Of a stretch of 51,967 bases of DNA, positions 25,205-34,743 are shown piece by piece. The stretch spans positions 82,167-134,133 of the forward strand of contig CAZNAA010000001.1 in the NCBI GenBank assembly GCA_964571255.1, read 5' to 3'. The position numbers and the translations under genes are program-made. The stretch's first letter is position 1. Each line of letters begins with the position of its first letter. The notes under the pieces are model-generated. The model saw nothing but the letters and a program-made list of their open reading frames with translations, was not told where the DNA came from and made no database searches. This DNA is from an uncultured Gammaproteobacteria bacterium (GTDB taxonomy: Bacteria > Patescibacteriota > Microgenomatia > Levybacterales > UBA12049).

Positions 25205-25759
25205 ATGGATAGCGTACTCCAAAACCTCAACGAACATATCCAAAAAATTCTTGAGCTTATCAAACAAGATATTGCGACTATTCGAACTGGCAGAGCAACA
25301 CCTGCTTTGGTTGAAAACATTTCTATATCTGTATATGGAGGGAGTGCTCATATGAAAGTATTGGAGCTTGCAACCATTGGAGCACTCGATAGCCAAACTC
25401 TTGTCATTACTCCTTTTGATCATTCAGTAATTCATGAAATAGAAAAAGGAATTCGAGAAGCAAATACAGGCATTAGTCCAGTAATTGATGGACAAGTACT
25501 TCGTATATCCCTTCCTCCTCTGTCTCAAGAAAGGCGAGAAGAATTGATAAAGCTTATGAGACAAAAGTTAGAAAATGGACGAGTAATGATCAGGCAAGCA
25601 CGCCATGATGGGATGGAAGAAGTGAAAAGGAATAATGAGGGAATCTCAGAGGATGAAGTTGAGCGAATTGAAAAAGAAGTTCAAAAACAAATTGACACGG
25701 CTATGAATATGATTGATGGTCTTGGCAAACAAAAAGAAGACGAACTTCTCCAAATTTAA
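25205..25759 (+). CDS. frr: ribosome recycling factor
   Basis: Has IRTGRATPALVENI, RISLPPLSQERREEL and the RQARHD pattern. Length is 184 aa. Confidence 0.93.
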   Translation: MDSVLQNLNEHIQKILELIKQDIATIRTGRATPALVENISISVYGGSAHMKVLELATIGALDSQTLVITPFDHSVIHEIEKGIREANTGISPVIDGQVLRISLPPLSQERREELIKLMRQKLENGRVMIRQARHDGMEEVKRNNEGISEDEVERIEKEVQKQIDTAMNMIDGLGKQKEDELLQI

Positions 25760-25807
25760 TTCTTTTCGCTCAGGTAACTGAGGAGAAAGAATGCTATAAT
25801 AATCCCT

Positions 25808-26974
25808 ATGTTGTCTCTTCTGATCTTTCTTCTCATTCTCTCCCTTCTTGTTCTTATTCACGAAGCTGGGCATTATTTTGCCGCTAAATTTTTCAATGTG
25901 AAAGTTGAGGAGTTTGGCTATGGCTTTCCTCCACGTGCTTGGGCAAAAAAAATTGGAGAAACAGTCTATTCCATCAATTGGCTTCCAATTGGAGGATTCG
26001 TAAAACTCTTTGGAGAAGATGAGGCTGGAGGAGGAAAGATTACTCTTTCAAAGAAAGAACAAACTGACGATGTCTCTCGAGCCTTTTTTGCTCGTCCTGC
26101 CTGGCAAAAGGCAGTAATTGTTGTTGCAGGAGTAGTCATGAATATTCTCCTTGCGGTAGTAATTTACTATTTCTACCTTGGATTTTCTGGATTTAAAACA
26201 GAAATCCCACTTATTGCTCCATTTGAATTTAAAGGCGTTCACCAAGAAAAGAAAACAGAAGTTATTATTACCGGAGTTTCTCCAGATTCTCCAGCCGAAA
26301 AGGCAGGAATTACTCCTTCCTCTCTTGTTACAGCGTTTAATGGAAAAGTCGTAGGAGATACAGAGTCTTTTCTTAAACAAATCCAAGCCAGTAAAGGCAA
26401 AGAAGTAACTATTTCTTGGCAAGCAGAAACAGGGGGGGAAATAAAAACAGCAAAACTCACTCCTCGTCTCAATGCGCCAAAAGATCAAGGAGCATTAGGA
26501 GTATCGTTCTTCCCAGCCGAAATGGCTGTTCTTTCCTATGATACTCCTGTACAAAAAGTTTTTTCAGGAATTACGTACCCGTTTAATTTAATGTCTTATA
26601 ATCTTGTTGTCATTAAGCATTTAGTGTCTATTTCTTTACAAGAAAAAACAGCAGAGCCAATTAGTCAGGGGTTATCCGGACCAGTTGGAATTTACTCAGT
26701 TGTTGGAACGATTGTGGATATTCCAGATTTTAAAGAGAGAGCGTTGAATCTTTTAAATTTGGCAGGGCTTTTATCTATGTCTTTGGCTTTTTTTAATATT
26801 CTTCCAATCCCAGCACTAGACGGAGGACGGCTATTTTTTATTCTGATTGAGCTAGTTTTTAGAAGAAAAGTAAATCAGCAAGTTGAGGCAGTAATTCATC
26901 AGATAGGTATGGCAGTTTTGCTTCTTCTTTTGGTCTTAGTGACCTTCAAAGACGTTTTCCAATTCTTCTTATAA
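25808..26974 (+). CDS. rseP: RIP site-2 metalloprotease RseP (M50) with PDZ domain
   Basis: HEAGHY zinc motif in the first TM helix, a central PDZ-like GVSPDSPAEKAGI, and a C-terminal NILPIPALDGG motif. Confidence 0.88.
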   Translation: MLSLLIFLLILSLLVLIHEAGHYFAAKFFNVKVEEFGYGFPPRAWAKKIGETVYSINWLPIGGFVKLFGEDEAGGGKITLSKKEQTDDVSRAFFARPAWQKAVIVVAGVVMNILLAVVIYYFYLGFSGFKTEIPLIAPFEFKGVHQEKKTEVIITGVSPDSPAEKAGITPSSLVTAFNGKVVGDTESFLKQIQASKGKEVTISWQAETGGEIKTAKLTPRLNAPKDQGALGVSFFPAEMAVLSYDTPVQKVFSGITYPFNLMSYNLVVIKHLVSISLQEKTAEPISQGLSGPVGIYSVVGTIVDIPDFKERALNLLNLAGLLSMSLAFFNILPIPALDGGRLFFILIELVFRRKVNQQVEAVIHQIGMAVLLLLLVLVTFKDVFQFFL

Positions 26975-27020
26975 ATTTACTTCTCTTGCCTTTTTTTCCT
27001 ATTCACTTTACTCTATATCT

Positions 27021-29042
27021 ATGAAAATAGTTTCTTTTAGTTTAGGTCTTATCCTCTTGTTTTTTTTCTGTTGCAGCTCTTTTACTCAGACTCAAGCTGA
27101 TGGAACGTATGCCACTTTAGGAACGGCTGATTCATTAGATGGAAGCAATGATGCAATTAATTTTAGTCAAGGAAGAGTATGGACTATAGACCAGTATGGA
27201 AAATATATTTGGTTAACCCAACAAAGAACTGGGCCGACTTCTCACTGGGCTTGGTCAAACGATTTAGGTGCTAATTGGTCACAAGGAAATGAATCTTACG
27301 CTGCTTTGACGAGAGGGTCTGTTGCCTATGACAGTATTAATGATGTATTACACGTAATATGGGCAGCTACAGATACAAACGATGGAATTATTTATCGAAG
27401 GTATAGTATCACCAGGGATGGCAGTAATAATATTACAGCGATTCAGCGAGTAGATTCAGGCACAGTGAATTTGCAATTAGATGTATCCGCATCCCGCTCT
27501 CTTGAGCAACCTGTTGCTTTATGGGTGAATGATGGATCAACAGATGGAAGTTTAGTGGCCATTTGGATTAAGCAAGGAACCAGCTTAACAGAAACTAGAG
27601 GGTCGATGAGAAAGCTTACTATGACTGCAGCAGATGGAGTAGCAGGAAACTGGCAGGCACTGGATAATTCAGCGGATACTTTCTCAACAGATTCACCAGC
27701 AGTTGCTGCAGACAAAATTTATGGCATTACTTCTTCTTCACGAGTTACTGCTTCGGCGATTATTCGTGGAGGAAGTGGAAGTAGGAAAGATGATCTCTAT
27801 ATCTTTACAGCAGTTTCAAATAGCGATGCTGTTTTAGCCTATCGTGCTATTTGGGATAGTGCAAATAAAGATTGGAGGGGAGGATTTCAGTCTCCAGTAA
27901 CAGTGGGTAGTATGGATGACTCAACAGGATATAGCTTGAAAGAACAACTCATTACTAAACCTGTTTTAGATTCAACTCATGACAGGCTCTATATTGGATG
28001 GGCACGATGGAAAGATGTTTCAGCAGGTGATACTGTTAGTATTGCCTATCTAAATAGTTCAGATACTGCTTCAAGTACAGTTGATATTTATAGTGCCAAT
28101 GGGACTCACTCTTATGCTCCTACTTTAGATATCGCGTATGATTCAACACTTGATGAGGTATATATCTCCTACATTGAATCAACCACAAATGGAGATAATG
28201 GTTCCATAAATTATAAAACCTATAATGGATCAACGCTAAGTGACTCCACACGTTTTTATACTAGCCCTGGAGGAAGTGCAGGAGCAAATGGAAGTGCAGA
28301 TATTCCAATTCTTTATGAGAACCGTACCAGTAATAATAGACTCCTTTTCGCATTTCGAATAAATGGAGCACTACCTCCAACAGGAGTAAATCCACATAGT
28401 ATTGATTGGGGATATATTTCCCTAGCACAACCAACTTCTACTCCTACGCCTACTCCAACACCACAACCAATTTCTATCCCGTCTAATACTAGTTCAAGTA
28501 CCACCTCCTCTTCCTCGCCAAATACTACGTGTACTATGGCGTCTCCCACTTCGATACCTACTCTTTTTCAACTATCTCAAAACGGGTATAGTGTTGCACT
28601 ATACTTTAGTCCTGTTCAAGGGAAACACACAGGATATACTATTAGCTATGGAATGAGTGCAAATGCAGATCAATACACCTCGTCTTTTGGATATACCGAT
28701 ACTTCAGGTGTTGTTAGTCATACTATAAACTATTTAACGCCAAATACTACGTGGTATTTTAAAATACGAGGGAATAATGAGTGTAGTACTGGCAACTGGT
28801 CTAAGACATTATCCATAAAAACAGGAAAATTACCTTCATTAATTTCTTCATCTCGTTCTCAAGCTATACATCAAAATAGTTGCCAAAACTATGTAGTTCA
28901 ACCTGGAGATACATTGTGGAAGATTTCACAAAAGCTATACGGCAATGGAAGTAAATATCAAAACATTCTAAGTAAGAACAAAACAGTTATTAATTCTCCG
29001 AATCTTATTCGGGTAGGGTGGCGGATTCAACTGGGGTGTTAG
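27021..29042 (+). CDS. secreted multidomain protein: BNR/Asp-box beta-propeller-like region, PT linker, FN3-like domain, C-terminal LysM
   Basis: Has a signal peptide, the Asp-box SNDLGANW, the linker PTSTPTPTPTPQP...SSSTTSSSS, and an FN3-like YFKIRGNN..STGNWSKTLSIKT. The C-terminus is LysM-like (YVVQPGDTLWKISQKLYG...YQNIL..N....PNLIRVGWRIQL). Confidence 0.7.
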   Translation: MKIVSFSLGLILLFFFCCSSFTQTQADGTYATLGTADSLDGSNDAINFSQGRVWTIDQYGKYIWLTQQRTGPTSHWAWSNDLGANWSQGNESYAALTRGSVAYDSINDVLHVIWAATDTNDGIIYRRYSITRDGSNNITAIQRVDSGTVNLQLDVSASRSLEQPVALWVNDGSTDGSLVAIWIKQGTSLTETRGSMRKLTMTAADGVAGNWQALDNSADTFSTDSPAVAADKIYGITSSSRVTASAIIRGGSGSRKDDLYIFTAVSNSDAVLAYRAIWDSANKDWRGGFQSPVTVGSMDDSTGYSLKEQLITKPVLDSTHDRLYIGWARWKDVSAGDTVSIAYLNSSDTASSTVDIYSANGTHSYAPTLDIAYDSTLDEVYISYIESTTNGDNGSINYKTYNGSTLSDSTRFYTSPGGSAGANGSADIPILYENRTSNNRLLFAFRINGALPPTGVNPHSIDWGYISLAQPTSTPTPTPTPQPISIPSNTSSSTTSSSSPNTTCTMASPTSIPTLFQLSQNGYSVALYFSPVQGKHTGYTISYGMSANADQYTSSFGYTDTSGVVSHTINYLTPNTTWYFKIRGNNECSTGNWSKTLSIKTGKLPSLISSSRSQAIHQNSCQNYVVQPGDTLWKISQKLYGNGSKYQNILSKNKTVINSPNLIRVGWRIQLGC

Positions 29043-29086
29043 TGCTTGACGGTTTGTAAGGAATATTAGTAACATGTGATCAATAT

Positions 29087-31597
29087 ATGAATAAAAGTTT
29101 AAGACTATTTGCTTTTGTTTCTCAGAGAAAGCATCTCACACTTTTTTTCTTTCTTTGTATTTTGTTAAGTCTTCCCCTTTTTATATTTACTCTTTCCCAA
29201 AGCCAAGATAATAGAAATAGGGCAGCAAGTAATTCTCAGGTTTCTTTTGTAGATGCTTCTAATCAAGAAATTAGTCAAACTACTACTCCTGAAGTAAGAG
29301 TGCGTTTGAACTCTCCCTGGCCAGTTAGTACAACAGCAATGCTACCTCTTGATTCTGATGTATTGGGTCAAGCCTCTGGGATTTTTCAAGTAAATAGCTC
29401 ACTGGATGATTTGAATGAAGTAGGAGGGAAGATAGACACTGGATATCCTGCCTCTTCCAACTCGATATGGATAGGTAATGGAGGAACTCGTGACACGAGT
29501 TATACGGGACTTCGTTATACGAATATCACTATTCCTCAAAATGCTCGAATTCTCAGTGCTCAGCTTCAACTGCGTCCTACTCAAGAGTCCTGGATTGCTC
29601 TTGCTATGAGTATTGCAGGAGAGAATAAAGGAAATAGTAGTGCTTTTTCTGAAACATCTCTTCCTTCATCTCGGGTATTAACTACCCAAAAAATATCTCA
29701 TCAATCAAATGCTAAATGGAAAACGGGCAGATGGTATATTCTTTCAGATGTCAGTCCTATTGTCCAAGAAATTGTCAAAAGAAGCGATTGGCAAAGTGGA
29801 AATAGTATGTCTCTTATTTTAAAAGGGACAGGTGGAAGTTTTGGGAGAAAACTTGTATATAGTTTTGATGGAAATACTTTGTATGCTCCTCGACTATCAG
29901 TAGTATATGAGACTACTGATAGTGCAAATCCAACCCCAACAAGAGTTGTTACAGGTGCTCCTTTCATAACTCCAACGAATACTCCAACACCTACGAGTCG
30001 ACCAACGAATACTCCAATTCCTCAAACGAGTTATATTCAATCAATTACGTTAGCAGAAGATGCTGCATTCACCAAAAATAGCAAAACTATTGATTCAGTT
30101 ACTGAAAACCCCTTGATTACTCCTTATACCTTTTCTTCGTCTGATATTGGTCAAAAAACTCTTTACGTTAAATTCACTTCTACAACTGGTGAGACAAGAG
30201 TATATTCAGGAGTTATTGTATTTGTTGTAAATACTCCAATACCAACACATACATCAGACCATGATATGGGTGGAAATAGTATGGCAATGGGAAGATGGAG
30301 TCCTAATCCCAAATACGATACATGTCCTAAGGCAGAGGATACTGTGCGAATTAAAGAAATACATGATGCATACAAAGTAATGGGGCCAGATGGAAAATGG
30401 TATCCCACTTGGCATCCTCCAGTTGATCCTGCAACAGGATGTAAATTCGGTCATGAACATGGACGTGATCCTAAAGGCTCGACAATGTTTACTTTTGTCC
30501 AGCAAACATATGGTCATGATGCAAATACTGATGGAACGGTTAGTGGTAATGAATTAGCAACTGCTGGTGTTCCTTTTGGCTACGTTAATGAACAACTAGA
30601 TGTTTGGAATGCGTCTAAGGGAATTACTGATGGGATGAGGCATGAAGATCATGTGGGACATAAGGTTGAATGGGAGAATAATATTCAAAGAGATTGGAGT
30701 ACTGTGAATGGAGGATCAGGACGAGTCCCATCAGGTATCTCGTGTGACTTCTTTATGAAAATGCACCAAGGTACTCACTCAAAAGATGCATTCACCAACA
30801 ATCTTCATGAACTGATTCAAGGGTATCAATGCACTGATGGAATAAAAATGGCTAATGCAATAATGATTCGTTTTGGAAAACCTGGAGAATTTTCAGTAGG
30901 AGGAGTAGCAGGTGGATTTACTACCGTACCAGTTGGTCCAGCAACTCCCCCAAATTCTCCTTCTGGAAGTGGATTGAGATCTATTTCAACGGTTGATCGT
31001 GTAAAAGAGTTTATTCTTAAACCTGAGGGACAATGGTCTCTTTATAGTGAGGGAGTATATGAAGATTGGATTTCTGGAAACTATGTGCGAACACCAAATG
31101 GAACTCAATTAGCCTACTTTGATCCACACTTTGCTGTTTTTGGTCCGAGTCGTTTCTATTGGTCTGGGAAAGATACGAATACCTATGGCATTACTAGAAC
31201 TGTTCAAGACATTACTGATAATGTTGGTCGCTCGATTGATGTGTGCTTTATGCAGGAAAATAACAGCGCTGAAAAGGCACGTGGAGGAGAGTGCGAGTCA
31301 TTAACAAATTATGGCCAAATAAAAACACAGATACCCTACGACGATCCTCGCTCGCCATTTAATGGAGTGAAAAGAGAATTCTACTTCAATAACTTAACTG
31401 TTGAAAATACTGGTAATACAACCCTTTGGTACTCAGATCCATTCGGAAATAATGCTCAAACCACCCCTTTTGTAGGAGGAGTAAAACAGTATCTTAAGCC
31501 TAAAAACGATCCTCAACCGTATCAATATCCATTTGAGTCAAATGCAATTGGTGGAGATAGATATTATGGTGGAGACGGTGTTCATGCTCCTAACTAA
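29087..31597 (+). CDS. secreted/membrane-anchored large hypothetical protein with PT linker and His-rich C-terminal domain
   Basis: 836-aa ORF with an N-terminal TM/signal segment and the linker PTPTRVVTGAPFITPTNTPTPTSRPTNTPIP. The C-terminal ~450 aa contain GHEHGRDP and RHEDHVGHKVEWE. Confidence 0.6.
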   Translation: MNKSLRLFAFVSQRKHLTLFFFLCILLSLPLFIFTLSQSQDNRNRAASNSQVSFVDASNQEISQTTTPEVRVRLNSPWPVSTTAMLPLDSDVLGQASGIFQVNSSLDDLNEVGGKIDTGYPASSNSIWIGNGGTRDTSYTGLRYTNITIPQNARILSAQLQLRPTQESWIALAMSIAGENKGNSSAFSETSLPSSRVLTTQKISHQSNAKWKTGRWYILSDVSPIVQEIVKRSDWQSGNSMSLILKGTGGSFGRKLVYSFDGNTLYAPRLSVVYETTDSANPTPTRVVTGAPFITPTNTPTPTSRPTNTPIPQTSYIQSITLAEDAAFTKNSKTIDSVTENPLITPYTFSSSDIGQKTLYVKFTSTTGETRVYSGVIVFVVNTPIPTHTSDHDMGGNSMAMGRWSPNPKYDTCPKAEDTVRIKEIHDAYKVMGPDGKWYPTWHPPVDPATGCKFGHEHGRDPKGSTMFTFVQQTYGHDANTDGTVSGNELATAGVPFGYVNEQLDVWNASKGITDGMRHEDHVGHKVEWENNIQRDWSTVNGGSGRVPSGISCDFFMKMHQGTHSKDAFTNNLHELIQGYQCTDGIKMANAIMIRFGKPGEFSVGGVAGGFTTVPVGPATPPNSPSGSGLRSISTVDRVKEFILKPEGQWSLYSEGVYEDWISGNYVRTPNGTQLAYFDPHFAVFGPSRFYWSGKDTNTYGITRTVQDITDNVGRSIDVCFMQENNSAEKARGGECESLTNYGQIKTQIPYDDPRSPFNGVKREFYFNNLTVENTGNTTLWYSDPFGNNAQTTPFVGGVKQYLKPKNDPQPYQYPFESNAIGGDRYYGGDGVHAPN

Positions 31598-31629
31598 TCT
31601 CTTACAGAAGATGATATAGTAGAGGAAGA

Positions 31630-32331
31630 ATGAAAAATAGTATTGTTTCATCTTCTCAAGAGGCTTTTTCCACATTACACTCTCTTTTTGAATCTCTTGT
31701 TACTTCTCAAACTCTTCTTTTTCTCTCTGGTGGAAAAACACCTATTCCTTTTTATTCTTCTCTTTCTCAAACTCCTACCTTTCTCCCTGAAAAAGTCTAT
31801 ATGGTAGATGAGAGATATGGAGAAAAGTTTCACGAAGAGAGTAATGAGGCTACGATGCGAGACACAGGACTTCTGGCGTCTTTAGAAGAAAAAAAAATCC
31901 CTTTTGTTTCCATCCTTCATCATTTACCTCTTTCTTTGGAAGAGACAGGGAAATCGTATAATGAGCAAATAAAAGAAGCTATGAAAACCTCTTCAAAAAA
32001 AGTTGCACTTATTGGCATTGGACCAGATGGACATATTGCAGGGATTGCTCCCAATAGAGGGGATTTTTTAAGCCCGTTATTCTCTTTACCAGACGACGTA
32101 CTTGTTTCCAGTTTCACTGATTTTAACGGACAATTTGGCCGAAGGATTACCTTAACGTTTGCTGCTCTTTCTCAAATGGATCATTTGATTGTCTTAGTCC
32201 TTGGAGAAAATAAACAATATGCTTTAAAAAGAATGAAAGAGGGAGGACGAGAAGAAGAACTCCCTGCAACGTTTTTGATGCGACCTGAAGTGAGTGAGAA
32301 AGTAATTCTTATTACTGATCAAGTGATTTGA
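31630..32331 (+). CDS. pgl: 6-phosphogluconolactonase
   Basis: Has LSGGKTP and LIGIGPDGHIAGI, motifs of the NagB/Pgl family. It lies in a cluster with zwf and gnd. Confidence 0.8.
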   Translation: MKNSIVSSSQEAFSTLHSLFESLVTSQTLLFLSGGKTPIPFYSSLSQTPTFLPEKVYMVDERYGEKFHEESNEATMRDTGLLASLEEKKIPFVSILHHLPLSLEETGKSYNEQIKEAMKTSSKKVALIGIGPDGHIAGIAPNRGDFLSPLFSLPDDVLVSSFTDFNGQFGRRITLTFAALSQMDHLIVLVLGENKQYALKRMKEGGREEELPATFLMRPEVSEKVILITDQVI

Positions 32332-32382
32332 TATAGATAGTCCTCTTGAAGAAATAGATAGAGTTTGTAAAAATTGTTCCAC

Positions 32383-33123
32383 ATGCCAGTAAATACAGAT
32401 CGTATTACCTCTTTTCCTGATAGTCATGCTGATCCAATTTCTTTCTATGCTCAAATTATTCTTCCTGAAAGTCGTTTGAATGAATTGTACGTGAGTCTTC
32501 CTTTAAGTGGGGGACCGGCACAAAGGTATGTAGCAGCAAGAGGAGAACATGCGTCAGAAGCGGAGCTTCATAAAAAAACAGTCGAAGCAAATGTAAGAGG
32601 GATTGAATCTATTATTCCCAGTCTCCTTCTTCATTTTCCCGATATGCTTATTACTCTTCCTTATCTTCTTGGAAATAAAAAAAATTGGAGACAGATTGAC
32701 TATAATGCATTTTGGACACTTTGGATCTCAGGTATACCTTCAGAAGTAGCACAAGGAGTAGTAGAGGAAGTGCCTACTTTATGTGTAAGTCTTAACTCAG
32801 GACAAGAAATTCCAAAAGCGGAAAGAAGAGATACTTATCGAAGAATTGGTGAAGAGTTTGCAACAGTGGTTAGCAAAAGAGGAATCCCTGTTAATCCGGT
32901 TGGGCAAATGGTTCATCTTCCTGGACATAGAGAATCAGACGGTGTAACTCATGAAGCTGGACTTGCAAGCCTTTTGGGAATTCCTAAAAAGGAAGTCTTC
33001 TTTAATAGGAGACACCCTGTATTTCAACGAGACGTTGTACCACATGCTCCCTGGCTAGGGAGTGGAGAGCATACAGTAAGAAAAGAAAAAGGAAATAGGG
33101 TTTTTGTTTTTAAAGCATTTTGA
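32383..33123 (+). CDS. hypothetical protein embedded in the oxidative pentose-phosphate cluster
   Basis: The ORF has no motif I recognise. I prefer the ATG at 32383 over the TTG at 32374. Confidence 0.5.
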   Translation: MPVNTDRITSFPDSHADPISFYAQIILPESRLNELYVSLPLSGGPAQRYVAARGEHASEAELHKKTVEANVRGIESIIPSLLLHFPDMLITLPYLLGNKKNWRQIDYNAFWTLWISGIPSEVAQGVVEEVPTLCVSLNSGQEIPKAERRDTYRRIGEEFATVVSKRGIPVNPVGQMVHLPGHRESDGVTHEAGLASLLGIPKKEVFFNRRHPVFQRDVVPHAPWLGSGEHTVRKEKGNRVFVFKAF

Positions 33124-33149
33124 TCACAAGTTGTATATACTGAAGCTAC

Positions 33150-33287
33150 ATGAATGATATTCGCTTGGATTACCTTAAACGGTTTTTGGATTCCATAAAG
33201 CAGCAAAGTGGTATTGTTGCTTTATTTGTCTCACTTATTACTCTTATCTTAACGATCATGTCTTTTTTTGTTCTTCTTAATATATGA
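33150..33287 (+). CDS. candidate 45-aa single-TM micro-protein
   Basis: ATG at 33150 to TGA at 33285..33287 encodes MNDIRLDYLKRFLDSIKQQSGIVALFVSLITLILTIMSFFVLLNI. Its stop overlaps the zwf ATG (ATGA). It is below the ORF-track size cutoff and has no clear SD. Confidence 0.3.
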   Translation: MNDIRLDYLKRFLDSIKQQSGIVALFVSLITLILTIMSFFVLLNI

Positions 33288-34723
33288 AATTAATGTCACC
33301 ATTTGTTCTGGTTCTTTTTGGAGCAACAGGAGATTTAGCCAAAAATAAGTTATTTCCTTCTCTTTTTTCTCTATTTGTCAGAGGAGAGTTATCAACTGAT
33401 GCCCATATTGTAGGATTTTCAAGACGGAATCTCTCAGAGCAAGAATTTCTTGCATATGTAAAAGAAATTTTATCAACTCATGCTTCTTTTACAGAAGAGT
33501 TATGGAGTACTTTTTCAAAAACCATATCCTATCAACAAGGGTTATTTGATGAAGAAAAAGGGTATTTGGAATTAATTGAAAAACTGAATAGGTATGATGA
33601 GCAAATCGGAGCCTGTATCACTAGAATTTTCTATTTAGCAACTCCTCCTAGTAACTATCCAGAAATACTAAAGCATCTCTCTCGTACGAAACTTTCTGAA
33701 GGGTGTGGACAAGGAAGTGACAAGTGGACTCGAATTGCGATTGAAAAACCTTTTGGAAAAGATTTAGAAACGGCAAAAGAACTTGATACGTCTCTCTCGG
33801 ATATTTTTGAGGAGAGACAGATCTTTCGAGTAGATCACTATTTAGGCAAAGAAACAGTGCAAAACATGCTAGCTTTTCGCTTTGCAAACAGTATTTTTGA
33901 GCCAGTTTGGAACAAAGAATATATTGATCATGTACAAATAACCTTTGCAGAGAAAAAAGGAATAGGTACTCGGGGAAAGTTTTTTGATGGAGTTGGAATA
34001 CTTCGAGATGTGGCTCAAAATCATTTACTTCAACTTCTGGCTGCAGTTGTCATGGAGCAACCGAAAAGTTTTACCAAAGAAAGTGTTAGAGATGCACGAG
34101 CAAAAGCTATTGAGGCTTTGCTTCCAGTACTGCATGAGGATGAGATAGTAGCTGGACAATATGATGGATATTTAGAGGAAAAAGATGTGAATCCTACCTC
34201 ACAAACAGAAACATTTGTCGCCTTAAAGATACAGGTAAATACTCCACGTTTTGAAGGTGTACCATTTTATATTCGAGCGGGGAAAATGATGCCTGAGAAT
34301 TTAGTGGAGATCAATATCGTTTTTATCCAAACGTGTCATGTATTGTTTAAAGAATACGGTTGTCCAGAGATTGGAAATGTACTCAAGATCAGAATCCAAC
34401 CTAATGAAGGAATAGGGCTTCGAGTGATTGCTAAAAACCCAGGAAGTGGATTAGCACTGGGAACAGTTGATATGAAATTTTCTTATGAAAGTGAGTTTGG
34501 ACACAAAGGAATGGATGCGTATGAAAAATTACTTTTAGATATCCTCGTAGGTGACCAAATGCTATTTAACAGATCAGACGAATTGCAAAGTTCCTGGATC
34601 TTTATTACAGAAATTCTCAAAAAATGGGAGAAGAAAAAACAACTCTTCGCGTATGTTAATGATATATGGGGACCTAATCAAGCGAATACGCTTATTGAAA
34701 AAGACGGAAGACACTGGTTATAG
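33284..34723 (+). CDS. zwf: glucose-6-phosphate 1-dehydrogenase
   Basis: Has FGATGDLAKNKLFPSL, the active-site motif RVDHYLGKE, and EKPFG. Confidence 0.93.
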   Translation: MKLMSPFVLVLFGATGDLAKNKLFPSLFSLFVRGELSTDAHIVGFSRRNLSEQEFLAYVKEILSTHASFTEELWSTFSKTISYQQGLFDEEKGYLELIEKLNRYDEQIGACITRIFYLATPPSNYPEILKHLSRTKLSEGCGQGSDKWTRIAIEKPFGKDLETAKELDTSLSDIFEERQIFRVDHYLGKETVQNMLAFRFANSIFEPVWNKEYIDHVQITFAEKKGIGTRGKFFDGVGILRDVAQNHLLQLLAAVVMEQPKSFTKESVRDARAKAIEALLPVLHEDEIVAGQYDGYLEEKDVNPTSQTETFVALKIQVNTPRFEGVPFYIRAGKMMPENLVEINIVFIQTCHVLFKEYGCPEIGNVLKIRIQPNEGIGLRVIAKNPGSGLALGTVDMKFSYESEFGHKGMDAYEKLLLDILVGDQMLFNRSDELQSSWIFITEILKKWEKKKQLFAYVNDIWGPNQANTLIEKDGRHWL

Positions 34724-34743
34724 CTGTGATACACTAATTACGT

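Noticed and set aside
26048-26488. 146-aa and 77-aa minus-strand ORFs within rseP
   Set aside because: They are nested antisense to a well-supported M50 protease gene.
28430-28520. Short tandem-looking nucleotide repeats (ACTCCTAC/ACGCCTAC...) that might suggest a repeat array
   Set aside because: They encode Pro/Thr/Ser linker peptides inside long ORFs; the same applies to 1050..1200, 29930..30010 and 39300..39950. There is no spacer/repeat periodicity of the CRISPR type.
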